Shown one piece after another: positions 1 to 10,156 of a stretch of DNA of 64,000 nucleotides. This DNA comes from Polyangiales bacterium (GTDB lineage: Bacteria > Myxococcota_A > Polyangia > Polyangiales > Ga0077539), in contig JBGARZ010000022.1 of assembly GCA_044229975.1 (NCBI GenBank), positions 64,001 through 128,000 on the forward strand, written 5' to 3'. The notes beneath the pieces are model-generated. The model worked only from the letters and a program-made list of their open reading frames with translations, had not been told where the DNA came from and searched no databases. The position numbers and the translations under genes were made by a program. Position 1 is the stretch's first letter, and every line of letters begins with the position of its first letter.

Positions 1-1
1 C

Positions 2-256
2 CCCGGCTGCGGGCTCACCACCAGCTTCACCAACATGGCCCACCTGCATGTGCTCGACGCCTTCCGCGCGCACCTCATGGGGCCGCTGCTCTTCGCGCTC
101 ACGCTCGGCGTCGCGCTCGCGTCGCCCATCGGCGTGCGTCGGGCCTGGTCGGTGACGGGTGCCCTGGCGCTGCCGTGGCTCACGGCCTACCTCGGCGTGA
201 CACTCGCCGCCGGGCTGGTCACCTTCAGCGTCCGCCTCGCGCACAAGTTTCTGTGA
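2..256 (+). CDS. DUF2752-like membrane protein (5' truncated)
   Basis: Frame is open from base 2 (PGCGLTTSF...), resembling the CPGCG motif of DUF2752, followed by hydrophobic helices. Confidence 0.6.
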   Translation, partial: PGCGLTTSFTNMAHLHVLDAFRAHLMGPLLFALTLGVALASPIGVRRAWSVTGALALPWLTAYLGVTLAAGLVTFSVRLAHKFL

Positions 257-297
257 CCATCATCGAGGCGTCGTGAGATCGGAATCAGGAGGCTCCC

Positions 298-555
298 ATG
301 GCCGATGTGCAGGTGTACGTGACGACGTATTGTCCCTATTGCGTGCGCGCGAAGGGGCTGCTCAACCGCAAGAAGGTGGCGTTCACGGAGATCAACGTGG
401 ACGACGACCCGACGAAGCGGGCGTGGCTGGTCGAGGCGACGGGGCAGCGAACGGTTCCGCAGATCTTCATCGACGGGAAGTCGGTGGGCGGCAGCGACGA
501 CCTCCACGACCTCGAACGCCGCGGCGAGCTCGACAAGCTCTTGGGTCGCTCGTAG
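298..555 (+). CDS. grxC: Glutaredoxin 3
   Basis: CPYC active site, TVPQIFI and GGSDDL motifs; AGGAGG RBS upstream. Confidence 0.93.
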   Translation: MADVQVYVTTYCPYCVRAKGLLNRKKVAFTEINVDDDPTKRAWLVEATGQRTVPQIFIDGKSVGGSDDLHDLERRGELDKLLGRS

Positions 556-653
556 CGCTCGGCCTCTCTCTCCTCCCTCTCACCGTCACCGCCCAGACCC
601 GCCCCGCCATCGGCTACTCGCCCGACGCGTGGGCCGCTTCGGGTCTCGGCGCG

Positions 654-1655
654 ATGCGCGGCGCGACGCTCGGCCCCATCGAAAGCTCCCAGCACCCTGG
701 CGTCGGGTACGGCACGCCCGCCAGCGCGGCGGCCCTCGATGAGCTCGTCGCCCTCGGCTGCAACTGGGTCTCCTTCACACCCTTCGGCCGTCAGTGGGAC
801 CTCGACGAGACCGACATCCGCCTCGACTTCGAGGCGCCCTTCGACGTCAACCGCGAGAACGTCAAGCGCGTCATCGCCCAGGCCCACGCGCGCGGCCTTC
901 GCGTGCTGCTCATCCCGCACCTCTGGGTCGACATGGGCGGCTGGCGCGGCGAGATCGCCCACCGCGACGACGTCGCGTGGCGCCGTTGGTTCGCGAGCTA
1001 CACCCGCTTCGTGACGGCGTGGGCGAGGGTGGCCGAGGAGTCGGGCGCCGAGATGCTCTCCATCGGCGTCGAGATGAAGTCCTCGTCGAGCACGCGCGGC
1101 GAGTGGTTCGACGTCATCGCGCAGATCCGCCGCGTCTATCACGGCATGCTCACCTACTCGGCCAACTGGGACGGCGAGGAGGGCGTCACCTTCTGGGATC
1201 GCCTCGACGTCGTGGGCATCCAGGCCTTCTACCCGCTGGCCGAGCACCCCGGCGCGACCCTCGACGAGCTGCGCCGCGCGGCCGTCGCCCGCGCCGATCG
1301 GTTGGAAGAAGCGTCACGCCGCTGGGCGAGGCCGGTGATGTTCGCGGAGTTCGGCTACACCGCGCGGCCCGACCCGACCCTGCGTCCGTGGGAGTGGCCC
1401 GAAGACCTGGGCAACGTGCGCGTCGACGCCCACGCGCAGGCCATGGGCTATCGCGCGCTGATGGAGGCCTTCATCGGCCGGCGCTGGTTCACCGGGGGCT
1501 TCGTGTGGCGCTACTACGCCAATCCGATGGACTCCTCGCAGGAGCCGCCCTTCGGATTCTCCCCGCGCGACCGCGAAGGAGAGCAGGTGCTGCGCGAGCT
1601 GTACGACCCGGCGCTCGCCTGGGGCAGCGACCCCTTTCCCCGCCTCGTCTGGTAG
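654..1655 (+). CDS. Glycoside hydrolase family 113-like TIM barrel (start uncertain, may be further upstream)
   Basis: GLRVLLIPHLW, WRGEI, LSIGVE, LTYSANWD, LDVVGIQAFYPL and FAEFGY motifs. Confidence 0.75.
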   Translation: MRGATLGPIESSQHPGVGYGTPASAAALDELVALGCNWVSFTPFGRQWDLDETDIRLDFEAPFDVNRENVKRVIAQAHARGLRVLLIPHLWVDMGGWRGEIAHRDDVAWRRWFASYTRFVTAWARVAEESGAEMLSIGVEMKSSSSTRGEWFDVIAQIRRVYHGMLTYSANWDGEEGVTFWDRLDVVGIQAFYPLAEHPGATLDELRRAAVARADRLEEASRRWARPVMFAEFGYTARPDPTLRPWEWPEDLGNVRVDAHAQAMGYRALMEAFIGRRWFTGGFVWRYYANPMDSSQEPPFGFSPRDREGEQVLRELYDPALAWGSDPFPRLVW

Positions 1656-1715
1656 CCCCGGCTTTTCCCTGCCACCTTTTTGGAGCTCCTCGCGGCGCCG
1701 CGGTACTGCCGCTCC

Positions 1716-2510
<795 letters not shown>

Positions 2511-2542
2511 CCCCTCCATCCACCTCCCCACGGAAACCGCCC

Positions 2543-3403
2543 ATGTTCGATCGCGCACTCAAGGGACTCCGCCAGCAGTTCGGCACGCAGATGCTGTCCA
2601 TCGCCACCGTGGCGCTGGCGCTCTTCTGCATGGCGGGCGCGCTGCTCGTCCTCGAAAACGCCGGCGCCATGGTGCGTCGCTGGGGCTCGCCGGTGAAGGT
2701 CACCGTCTTCCTCGCCGAGGGCGCCTCCGTCGATCAGGTCGACAGCCTGCGCCGCGCGCTCGCCGCGCTGCCCGAGGTGGAGGACGCCCGCTACGTGTCG
2801 TCCGCCGAGGCCCGCCAGTCGCTCAGCCAGGGTGACAACACCGTCGGCAGCGCGCCCGTCGAGCTCTTCCCCGCGACCATCGAGCTGCGCCTCGTCCCGT
2901 CGGCCGTCACCGCCGAGCGCGTCGCCTCCGTCGCGCTGCGTGTGCGTCGCATCCCGATGGTGGCCGAGGTCGAGACCTACCGCGGCTTCACCGAGCGCCT
3001 GCGCGGCCTGCTCGCGGGCGGTCGCGCCGCGGCGGGCATCGTCGCCCTCGGCGTGCTGCTGTGTGTCTTCGCGGTGGTGAGCAACACCGTCCGCATGTCG
3101 CTCGCCGCACGTCTCCGCGAGATCGAGGTGCTCCGCCTCGTCGGCGCCACGCGCTCGTACATCCGCGGCCCCTTCCTCATCGAGGGCGCGATGCTCGGAA
3201 CCATCGGCGCCGCCGTCGCCGTCGCCGTGCTCGCGGTGGTGTTCATGACGCTGCGCTCGCAGTTCGAGCTGTCCCTCGGAACGGTGCTCGGGCTGCACCC
3301 GGTGTTTCTCCCGTGGTCGGTGCTGGCGATGTTGATCGTGGGCGGCGGCATGCTGGGCGCGCTGGGCAGCGCCGCGGCGCTCCGTCGCGGTCTTCAGTCC
3401 TGA
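2543..3403 (+). CDS. ftsX: Cell division permease FtsX
   Basis: N-terminal TM, periplasmic loop, SNTVRM...REIEVLRLVGATRSYIRGPFLIEG motif, further TMs. Confidence 0.88.
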   Translation: MFDRALKGLRQQFGTQMLSIATVALALFCMAGALLVLENAGAMVRRWGSPVKVTVFLAEGASVDQVDSLRRALAALPEVEDARYVSSAEARQSLSQGDNTVGSAPVELFPATIELRLVPSAVTAERVASVALRVRRIPMVAEVETYRGFTERLRGLLAGGRAAAGIVALGVLLCVFAVVSNTVRMSLAARLREIEVLRLVGATRSYIRGPFLIEGAMLGTIGAAVAVAVLAVVFMTLRSQFELSLGTVLGLHPVFLPWSVLAMLIVGGGMLGALGSAAALRRGLQS

Positions 3404-3417
3404 GCGGAGGTGAGCAC

Positions 3418-4368
3418 GTGAAGCGAGCGTTGATCCTCGGTGCGATGGTGCTCGGCCTCTCGGCCGCTCCGTCGCGTCCCGTCGCGCAGAACCTCGGCGT
3501 CGCGGCCGTCCCTTCGTCGCCGCTCGGCGCGCTGTCGTCGGCGCAGGCGGAGATCGTTCGCCTCTCCAACGAGCTCACGCGCATCGACACCGACGCTTCG
3601 ACGCTCACCCCGGAGCGCGCGGCCCTCCGTGCGCGGGCCCGGCAGCAGGCCCGCTGGCTCTACCACCTCTCACAGGGCGACGCGCTCGCGGTGCGCGGTG
3701 GCCCGGAGATGCTCCTCGACCACGCCGCGCGAGCGGGCCGGGTGCGCCGCGTTCTGCACGCCACGCTCAAGACCATGGAGCGCGCCGACCGTCGCGCCGA
3801 GACGCTCGACCTCGACCGCCAGCGCGTCTCGCGTCTCCTCCAGGTCGCCCAGGAGCAGCGCACTCGCGCCGAGGCCGAGCAGCGCGCCAACCTGGCCCTC
3901 GGCGCCTACGGAACCATCAACCCCAGCGCCCCGCCCCCCTCCGTCACCGTCTACGGCGGCGCCGCGTCGGTGACCCCTGGCGTCGAGCGCTTCGCCGAGA
4001 GCGCGGGCCGTCTGCTCTTCCCGGTCGCCGGCCGCGCCGAGGTGCGTCGTGCGTATCGCGAGGGCGCCGAAGGCCCCGGCATCGAGATCTCGGTCGCGCT
4101 CGGAACCCCCGCCCGCGCGGTGTTCCCCGGTCGCGTGGCCTTCGCCGATCGCTACGGCGCCTACGGCATGATCGTCATCGTCGACCACGGCGATCACTAC
4201 TACTCGGTGAGCGCCAACCTCGCGCGCATCGACGTGCGCGTCGGCCAGGAGCTGTCGACCGGCGACGTGGTCGGCAGCGCGGGCGACGACGGCCGCGGCC
4301 CGATGCTGTACTTCGAGGTGCGCCACGCGGGCGAGACCGTCGACCCGGTTCCGTGGCTGGGGTTGTGA
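3418..4368 (+). CDS. envC: EnvC-like murein hydrolase activator (coiled coil plus degenerate M23 domain)
   Basis: GTG start after GGAGG, signal peptide, coiled coil, YGMIVIVDHG and LYFEVR...VDPVPWL; follows ftsEX. Confidence 0.75.
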   Translation: MKRALILGAMVLGLSAAPSRPVAQNLGVAAVPSSPLGALSSAQAEIVRLSNELTRIDTDASTLTPERAALRARARQQARWLYHLSQGDALAVRGGPEMLLDHAARAGRVRRVLHATLKTMERADRRAETLDLDRQRVSRLLQVAQEQRTRAEAEQRANLALGAYGTINPSAPPPSVTVYGGAASVTPGVERFAESAGRLLFPVAGRAEVRRAYREGAEGPGIEISVALGTPARAVFPGRVAFADRYGAYGMIVIVDHGDHYYSVSANLARIDVRVGQELSTGDVVGSAGDDGRGPMLYFEVRHAGETVDPVPWLGL

Positions 4369-4397
4369 GCGCGACCGTGCGGGCGTAGAGCGCTCGC

Positions 4398-4904
4398 GTG
4401 GGCATCCCCGACATCCTCGTTCTCGGCATCGACCCGGGCAGCCACCGGCTCGGCTACGGCCTCGTCGTCCGCCGCGGCAACAAGTACATCCACATCGCGC
4501 ATGGGGTGGCGAAGGCGCCGGCGACGGCGCTGCTCCCGGAGCGTCTGCGGGTCATCGCCGATGGGTTGGAGCAGGTGCTCGCGCAGCACAAGCCCGCGGT
4601 GGTGGCGTTGGAGCAGGCCTTCGTCAGCCGCGACCCGCACGCGGCGCTGGTGATTGGTCATGCGCGTGGGGTGGCGATGCTGCTCGCGGCGCGCGCGGGG
4701 CTGACGGTGGTGGAGTATCCGCCCGCGGTGGTGAAGCGCTCGGTGACGGGCAACGGCCGCGCGGAGAAGGCCCAGGTCGGGGCGATGGTGAAGTCGATGC
4801 TCGGGCTCGCGGAGGTCCCCAAGGAGGACGCCGCCGACGCGCTCGCGGTGGCGATCACCCACGCCAACGCGACGGGGCTCGCGGCGCTGCTCAAGCGGGC
4901 GTAG
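4398..4904 (+). CDS. ruvC: Holliday junction resolvase RuvC
   Basis: LGIDPG, EYPP..VKRSVTGNGRAEKAQV, DAADALAVAITH. Confidence 0.95.
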   Translation: MGIPDILVLGIDPGSHRLGYGLVVRRGNKYIHIAHGVAKAPATALLPERLRVIADGLEQVLAQHKPAVVALEQAFVSRDPHAALVIGHARGVAMLLAARAGLTVVEYPPAVVKRSVTGNGRAEKAQVGAMVKSMLGLAEVPKEDAADALAVAITHANATGLAALLKRA

Positions 4905-4928
4905 CGAGGCCCGTCGACGCGCGGCCGA

Positions 4929-5342
4929 TCACCCGCGCGGCGGGCTCGTCGGATCAGCCTCCTCGCTACCGCGGAGCGTGGTCCGCCAGGCGATCTGGCC
5001 GGGTTCGTCGATGGCGTCGATGAGGTTGCGGACGCGCCGCTCGCTGAGCCCCGTCGGGTCGATGTCGAAGTAGAGCGTCCAGTGGAGGCGGCCGGGCGCG
5101 GCGTCGTCGCGATCGACGTCGAGCCAGAAGGCGTGGAGGGTCTGCTTCGTGATCTCGATGATCTTGCCGCGCAGGCGCACCCGCGTTGGGCTGTGCTCGG
5201 TCACGCGGTACGACACGAGACCGTCCGAGGCGCCCCACTCCCACACGTCGCGCCTGTAGAGAACGCGCGTGACGATGTCCTCCAGCACGCGGTGCGGGTT
5301 CTCCGTGGAGTCGAGGTCGAAGACCGCTTCAAGGTCACTCAC
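4929..5342 (-). CDS. Hypothetical protein
   Basis: 137-aa ORF with protein-like composition filling the gap; TATGCT 6 nt before the GTG start. Confidence 0.6.
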   Translation of the reverse strand: MSDLEAVFDLDSTENPHRVLEDIVTRVLYRRDVWEWGASDGLVSYRVTEHSPTRVRLRGKIIEITKQTLHAFWLDVDRDDAAPGRLHWTLYFDIDPTGLSERRVRNLIDAIDEPGQIAWRTTLRGSEEADPTSPPRG

Positions 5343-5421
5343 TCCCCGAGCATAGACTCCATGTGCACTGGCGGAGGAGGAGAGCCGCGCGACGGGCTCC
5401 GCTACTGCGTCGGTTCGCCTC

Positions 5422-6996
5422 TCAACCCGTCGGCAGCACCACCTTCGCCGCCGCCTCGATGCGGTACACCAGCGTCAGCGTCAGCGTGCTCCCCGCCGCG
5501 AGCGTCACCGCCCACTTCGCGAACCCATCCCGCGCATCGAGCGTCGCGCCGTCGTGTGACACCACCGCGACCTTCACGTCGTCGACCTCGCTCACCGGGT
5601 AGCGCTCCACCACGCTCAGCTTCCGCGCCTCGTCGGACAGGTTGCTCAGGTACAGCCGCACCGTACGCGCGACCTTCTGCGTGCCGATCACCGGCGTCAC
5701 GTCGCGCTTCTCGTCCACCGAGCGCCGCACGCGCAGCCCGTCGTCGACGCCGAAGCCCAGCTCGAAGGGCTCGCCGCGCCCCACGAAGTCCACGCGCCCG
5801 CGGCCCACCAGCTCGTTGCCGCGCGCGAGCACCACCGGCCCCGCGAGCAACGGAACCGCGCCCGCGTACGTCGCCGTCGCGCGCAGGTGCACCGCGTCGC
5901 CGCGCTCGGGCCACGCCACGCGCTCGACCGTCGCGTCGACCGTCGTGCGGGTGAGCTCCACCCGATGGGGCTCGCCGTCGCTCGGGATGCTCACCGGGTG
6001 CGCGCCCTCCAGCCACTGCGCCTCGCCGCCGTCTTCCACGCCCGGCATTTCGTCGACGTCGCGGCTGCCGCGCGCGAGGCCCGCCGTGGTGATGGTCTGC
6101 TCGCGCGCCTCCACCACCACCCGCGAACGCTCGGGCTCGCTCTTGCGCCGCGTGGTCAGCACATCGTCCGTGAGCAGCGGCGCCGCGGCCGACTTCGCCG
6201 GGCGCGCCGTCGAGAAGCGCGCCGCCACGTTGCTCCACACCTCGCCCGTCACCTGCCAGATCACCGCCGCCGTGGTGATGGTCACCCTCGACGGCTCGCC
6301 ATCACCCGCCGGGGTCCAGCGCGCGAGGTGCTCCGGCCGCCACAGCGCGCACGGCGTCCGGTAGCTGAGCTCGATGGTGACCGACCGCGCCTCGCTCGCC
6401 TCGACCTGCACTTCCACTCGCGACGTCCGCAGGTCACGCGTCGCCTTCGCTGCCTCCAACCGCACGAGCGCCCGCCCCTGCTGGGTGCGCGCGTCGATGC
6501 TCCGGTCCTCCGCGTCGAGCAGCGCATCCTCGGTGGCGCTCGCGCTCTCCTCGACGGCGTCGAAGGCGCTGCGCCACGCCGTCGCTCCGGCGCCCGGGTC
6601 GTCCGTCGTCCCGCGCGGAACGGCCGCCACCGCTCTCACCCAATCGAGCGCGACGGCGTCGAGGCGCTCGACGTCCGTGTGCATCCGATGCTCGTCGCGC
6701 TCGGCCGCTGCCCGGCGGGCCGTCGTCTCCGCGGCGTCACGCTCGGCCGCGTCGCGCTCGTCGTCTCCCGCGACGGAGACCGCTCGCACCGCCCGCACCA
6801 CGCGCGTCGCGATGACCCGCGCGCCGTCGCCCACCACGCCCGCGACGAGGCTCGGGTCGTCGAGGGCCGCCGTCACACCGTCGATCGCCACCCAGGAGAC
6901 GCCCGCTGCGACCTCGGTGGTCGCGCGTCGCACCACCTCGGCGCGGTCCTCGAAGAGGGTCACCCGCACGGCCTCGCTCTTCACCAGGTCAGCCAC
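5422..6996 (-). CDS. DUF4140/DUF4139 (MuiA-like) protein
   Basis: VTLFEDRAEVVR N-terminus, coiled coil, W.P, Q.TGE.W, STARP, LGFGVD and ERYPVSE motifs. Confidence 0.85.
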   Translation of the reverse strand: MADLVKSEAVRVTLFEDRAEVVRRATTEVAAGVSWVAIDGVTAALDDPSLVAGVVGDGARVIATRVVRAVRAVSVAGDDERDAAERDAAETTARRAAAERDEHRMHTDVERLDAVALDWVRAVAAVPRGTTDDPGAGATAWRSAFDAVEESASATEDALLDAEDRSIDARTQQGRALVRLEAAKATRDLRTSRVEVQVEASEARSVTIELSYRTPCALWRPEHLARWTPAGDGEPSRVTITTAAVIWQVTGEVWSNVAARFSTARPAKSAAAPLLTDDVLTTRRKSEPERSRVVVEAREQTITTAGLARGSRDVDEMPGVEDGGEAQWLEGAHPVSIPSDGEPHRVELTRTTVDATVERVAWPERGDAVHLRATATYAGAVPLLAGPVVLARGNELVGRGRVDFVGRGEPFELGFGVDDGLRVRRSVDEKRDVTPVIGTQKVARTVRLYLSNLSDEARKLSVVERYPVSEVDDVKVAVVSHDGATLDARDGFAKWAVTLAAGSTLTLTLVYRIEAAAKVVLPTG

Positions 6997-9115
6997 GGCG
7001 ATTGCCTCCGATGATCTCGTTCTTGGAAGGGATGGTGAGTCGGTAGCTGAACTCCACGGTGCTGCGCCCGCCCGCCGGGACGATCACCTCCCAGCGCAGT
7101 CCCCCGCGCACGGCCGCGCCGCGCTCGGCCTGGGTGAAGCGCTCGGGCTCGGGGCGCGCGCCCTTCGGCGTGACCTCGACGGACTTCTCGTCGGTGACCG
7201 GCAGTCGATCGACGAGCTCCACGAGCGCGGGCGAACCCAGCGCCGACGACAGCTCGATGGAGACCGTGTGGTCGATGACGGTGTCGCCGCCAAGGAGACC
7301 CGCCGTGTCCTCCTTCGCGCGCACGTTGCGGGCGAGGCGCAGGCGTTCGTCGAGGCCCATGCCGACGCGGAGCGTTCCGCCGCGGTCGATGCGGTCGATG
7401 GAGGCGACCACCAGCAAGCTCCCATCGACGTAGACGTCTACCGGTCCAGAGAGCAGCGGCGCGTCGAAGGGGTTGCGCAGCTCGACCTCGCGAAAGACCT
7501 CCGGGCGCTCGCACGCGACGGCCCGCCAGCGCACCGTCGGCGTCGCGTCTCCGCTGCCGAGCGGCACCCGGTGCGTGAGCCCGTCCGACGGAACCTCCAC
7601 CAGCCCTTCCGCGCCATACCGATGATCGAACATCCCGCGCGAGCGCATCGGGTCGACGGTTCCGGGTAGCGCGGCGACTGACTCCATCGAACGCGTGGCT
7701 TCGGTCTGTCGTTGTCGCCAGGTGTCTCCGCGGTCGCGCCCGAGTCGCCCGCGGTGATGAGCGGCGGCGGCGTCTCCGAGCGTCAACCCGTCGTAGTCGA
7801 GCCACGCGTCGGACGGCTCGATCGGATCTTCCGGCGGAGGTGGCGCCGCCCCGCCATCCATCATGGCTCCACCTCCACCGAACATGCCCCCCAGCAGACT
7901 CGCGCTCTTGGGCGCCGCGGCGCTCATGCGCATCGCTTGCGGCGCCATGGCCCTCGACATCGGTGGGGCCACAGGCGCTCCCGGCGCGGCACCTCCCGCG
8001 CCAGGCGACGTCCCCGCGCGGGTCCTGGTCGGCGCCACCTCGGCGCGCAGGTCGGCGAGCGAGTCGTCGAAGGCCATCGACGCCTCGACCTCCTCTCCCT
8101 CTGACTCTTCTTCTTCCTCTTCCTCTTCTTCGACGCCGCCCTGCCATCCATGCGCAGACGGCGACCTCGCGGCGATCGTCATGGGGGCCGCGCCGAAGGC
8201 CCGGTCGTAGCCCGCGAACATCGCGTCGACCCCGGCGGGTGGATCGCGAAACCCACGCTTCGAGGGAGGCTGTGCGCGGCCGAAGCGCAGCGACGGGAGC
8301 GTCGGCATGCGCGCGTCGAAGAGCATGTCGGCGGTGGAGAGTTCGAGCCGCGCGTCGCGCCAGTCCTCGCCCGAGCGTTGCGCGACGAGGGCCTCGGTCA
8401 CCCAAGTCGCAGCGCGCGCGTTGTCGCGGATGCGGAGGGTGTAGATCGGCCACCAGCGCGCCGCGCCCACCGCGTAGGTGAGCTCGATGTGGGGGAGGGG
8501 CCCTTCGCCGCGCACGGTGACGAGCACGCGCCGGGTCGGGTGCGCGTCGCCGACGCGATCGGCGCTGCGGGCTTGCGCGGCTTCGACGCGGGCGCGCTGG
8601 AGGGCGAGGGTGAGCTCGTGGCGTTGGCGCTGGAGGGCGTCGAGGCGCGCGTCGAGGTCGGCGGCGAGGTCGGCGAGCATCGTGTGGGTGGCGAGCGTCT
8701 CGCGGGTTCGCTGCACGACGGCGCGCGGGTCATCGGGGGCGCGTCGCGCGCGGTGGTCGGGGGCGAGGCGAGCGGCGACGACGGCCTCGCGTCGGCGGTG
8801 CAGGAGCGACGCGCGGCGATCGACGCCGCGGAGCGTGCGTTCGATGGAGCGCACTGCGTCCAACGAGGGACCGAGCGCCGAGCCGCTCGCGGGGACGACG
8901 AGCGTCGAGCGAACGAGCACCAGCGTGCGACCGGCGGCTTCCTCGGGGAGACGAACGCGAAACGACCCGGGCGCAGCGAGCGGGGGAAGACCGTCGAGCG
9001 CGAGCGTGACCTCGCCGTCGGCGGGCGTGTGGGCCGGGACCACGCGCCGGGTGACGCGCGCGCCTCGCGCGAAGACGTGGACGTGCGTGATGGTGCTGCT
9101 GCAAGAGATCGCCAC
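6989..9115 (-). CDS. DUF4140/DUF4139 protein with an acidic low-complexity insert
   Basis: VHVFARGARVTR, QRSGEDW, LST, DRLPV motifs; poly-Glu tract; GTG start after GGAGGAG. Confidence 0.82.
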   Translation of the reverse strand: MAISCSSTITHVHVFARGARVTRRVVPAHTPADGEVTLALDGLPPLAAPGSFRVRLPEEAAGRTLVLVRSTLVVPASGSALGPSLDAVRSIERTLRGVDRRASLLHRRREAVVAARLAPDHRARRAPDDPRAVVQRTRETLATHTMLADLAADLDARLDALQRQRHELTLALQRARVEAAQARSADRVGDAHPTRRVLVTVRGEGPLPHIELTYAVGAARWWPIYTLRIRDNARAATWVTEALVAQRSGEDWRDARLELSTADMLFDARMPTLPSLRFGRAQPPSKRGFRDPPAGVDAMFAGYDRAFGAAPMTIAARSPSAHGWQGGVEEEEEEEEESEGEEVEASMAFDDSLADLRAEVAPTRTRAGTSPGAGGAAPGAPVAPPMSRAMAPQAMRMSAAAPKSASLLGGMFGGGGAMMDGGAAPPPPEDPIEPSDAWLDYDGLTLGDAAAAHHRGRLGRDRGDTWRQRQTEATRSMESVAALPGTVDPMRSRGMFDHRYGAEGLVEVPSDGLTHRVPLGSGDATPTVRWRAVACERPEVFREVELRNPFDAPLLSGPVDVYVDGSLLVVASIDRIDRGGTLRVGMGLDERLRLARNVRAKEDTAGLLGGDTVIDHTVSIELSSALGSPALVELVDRLPVTDEKSVEVTPKGARPEPERFTQAERGAAVRGGLRWEVIVPAGGRSTVEFSYRLTIPSKNEIIGGNRRG

Positions 9116-9307
9116 GGGTCGCTCCTCCCGCGCTGCGTGGGCGCTGCGCGGCGTGAAAGGTCGCACGGTGCGATCGGCGCGAGCAACGGACCTTTGGGTG
9201 AGCCGAGAGCCGCGGAGGTTGAAATGGCCGAAGCCCCCGAAGCGTCTCCGCGAGGAGAGCGCCGCGAGGGCTCCGATGGGGTGGTCGCTGGTGGGGCGAC
9301 CGACCGA

Positions 9308-9799
9308 CTACTGCTGGGCGTCCCAGGTGTCCTGGTGCGTGATGCCGCCGTTCTCGTAGGTCCAGGTGACGGTGTGGAACACGAAGGTCACTTCCTCCAA
9401 GGGGGGCTCGGTGGAGGTGGCGGGGACGATCGTGTCGGGCACGATCTGCTTCTGCGAGTTGATGCGGCCGCGCTTGATCTCGACCGTGTAGAACTGCTCG
9501 GTCGTGCCGTCACCGGTGGGGTTCGGACGGAAGAACTTGAACTTGCCCTCGATGACCTCGTTGTTGCAGAGGGCCTTGGCGAGGAGCGGGGTCGACTTGT
9601 CGATGCGCTTGCGGATGAGCAGCGGCTCGTACTGGCGGCGGCCGGTGGCGAGCGACGAGCCCGCCTCGCGGGCGGTCTTCACGGCCTGCTCGTAGTAGAC
9701 GCACTCGATCGAACCCTCGCGACCCAGGCTGGTCTGCGTGCTCTCGCCCTTGATCTCGGTGCCGTTCGCCTTGAGATAGAGATGTACGGTTTCGGCCAT
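9308..9799 (-). CDS. hcp: Type VI secretion tube protein Hcp/TssD (orphan)
   Basis: IKGES, REGSIE, TGRRQYEPLLIRKRIDKSTPLL and EEVTFVFHTVTW motifs; 163 aa. Confidence 0.92.
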   Translation of the reverse strand: MAETVHLYLKANGTEIKGESTQTSLGREGSIECVYYEQAVKTAREAGSSLATGRRQYEPLLIRKRIDKSTPLLAKALCNNEVIEGKFKFFRPNPTGDGTTEQFYTVEIKRGRINSQKQIVPDTIVPATSTEPPLEEVTFVFHTVTWTYENGGITHQDTWDAQQ

Positions 9800-9887
9800 G
9801 ATGGTCTCTCGATGTGGGCAGTGGGGGAGGGTAGTCGCCGCGCGTCGCCAATGCCCACCGTTGGCGACCCCGACGGGCCCGGACTTG

Positions 9888-9903
9888 AGCACCACTCATG
9901 CCA
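9888..9903 (-). promoter_or_regulatory. Sigma54-type -24/-12 promoter for hcp
   Basis: Minus strand reads TGGCATGAGTGGTGCT (GG-N10-GC), about 90 nt upstream of hcp and next to a sigma54 activator gene. Confidence 0.65.
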
Positions 9904-10156
9904 CGTTGGCAAGCCCTCCCTCGACGTTGCCGCGACCGGCGTGAAACCCCGCTGAACCAGCCAACGCAGCACCTCGGGGCCCGGGGCCGCAGTCAGTGGA
10001 CGGCAGTCCAACGGCGGCGCGGTCTCCGTAGGTTGTCGCGACCCGAGGCCGTCGATTCCGTCGGCTTGGCCAGCGTTGGGACACTTGGCCGACGCATTGG
10101 ACGACTGTCGAAGCGATCCATCCGTTGAGACGTTCGGGTACACTCCGGCGCCCATC

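Noticed and set aside
9308..9799. Complete T6SS or prophage tail locus
   Set aside because: No sheath, baseplate, vgrG or phage genes in the window
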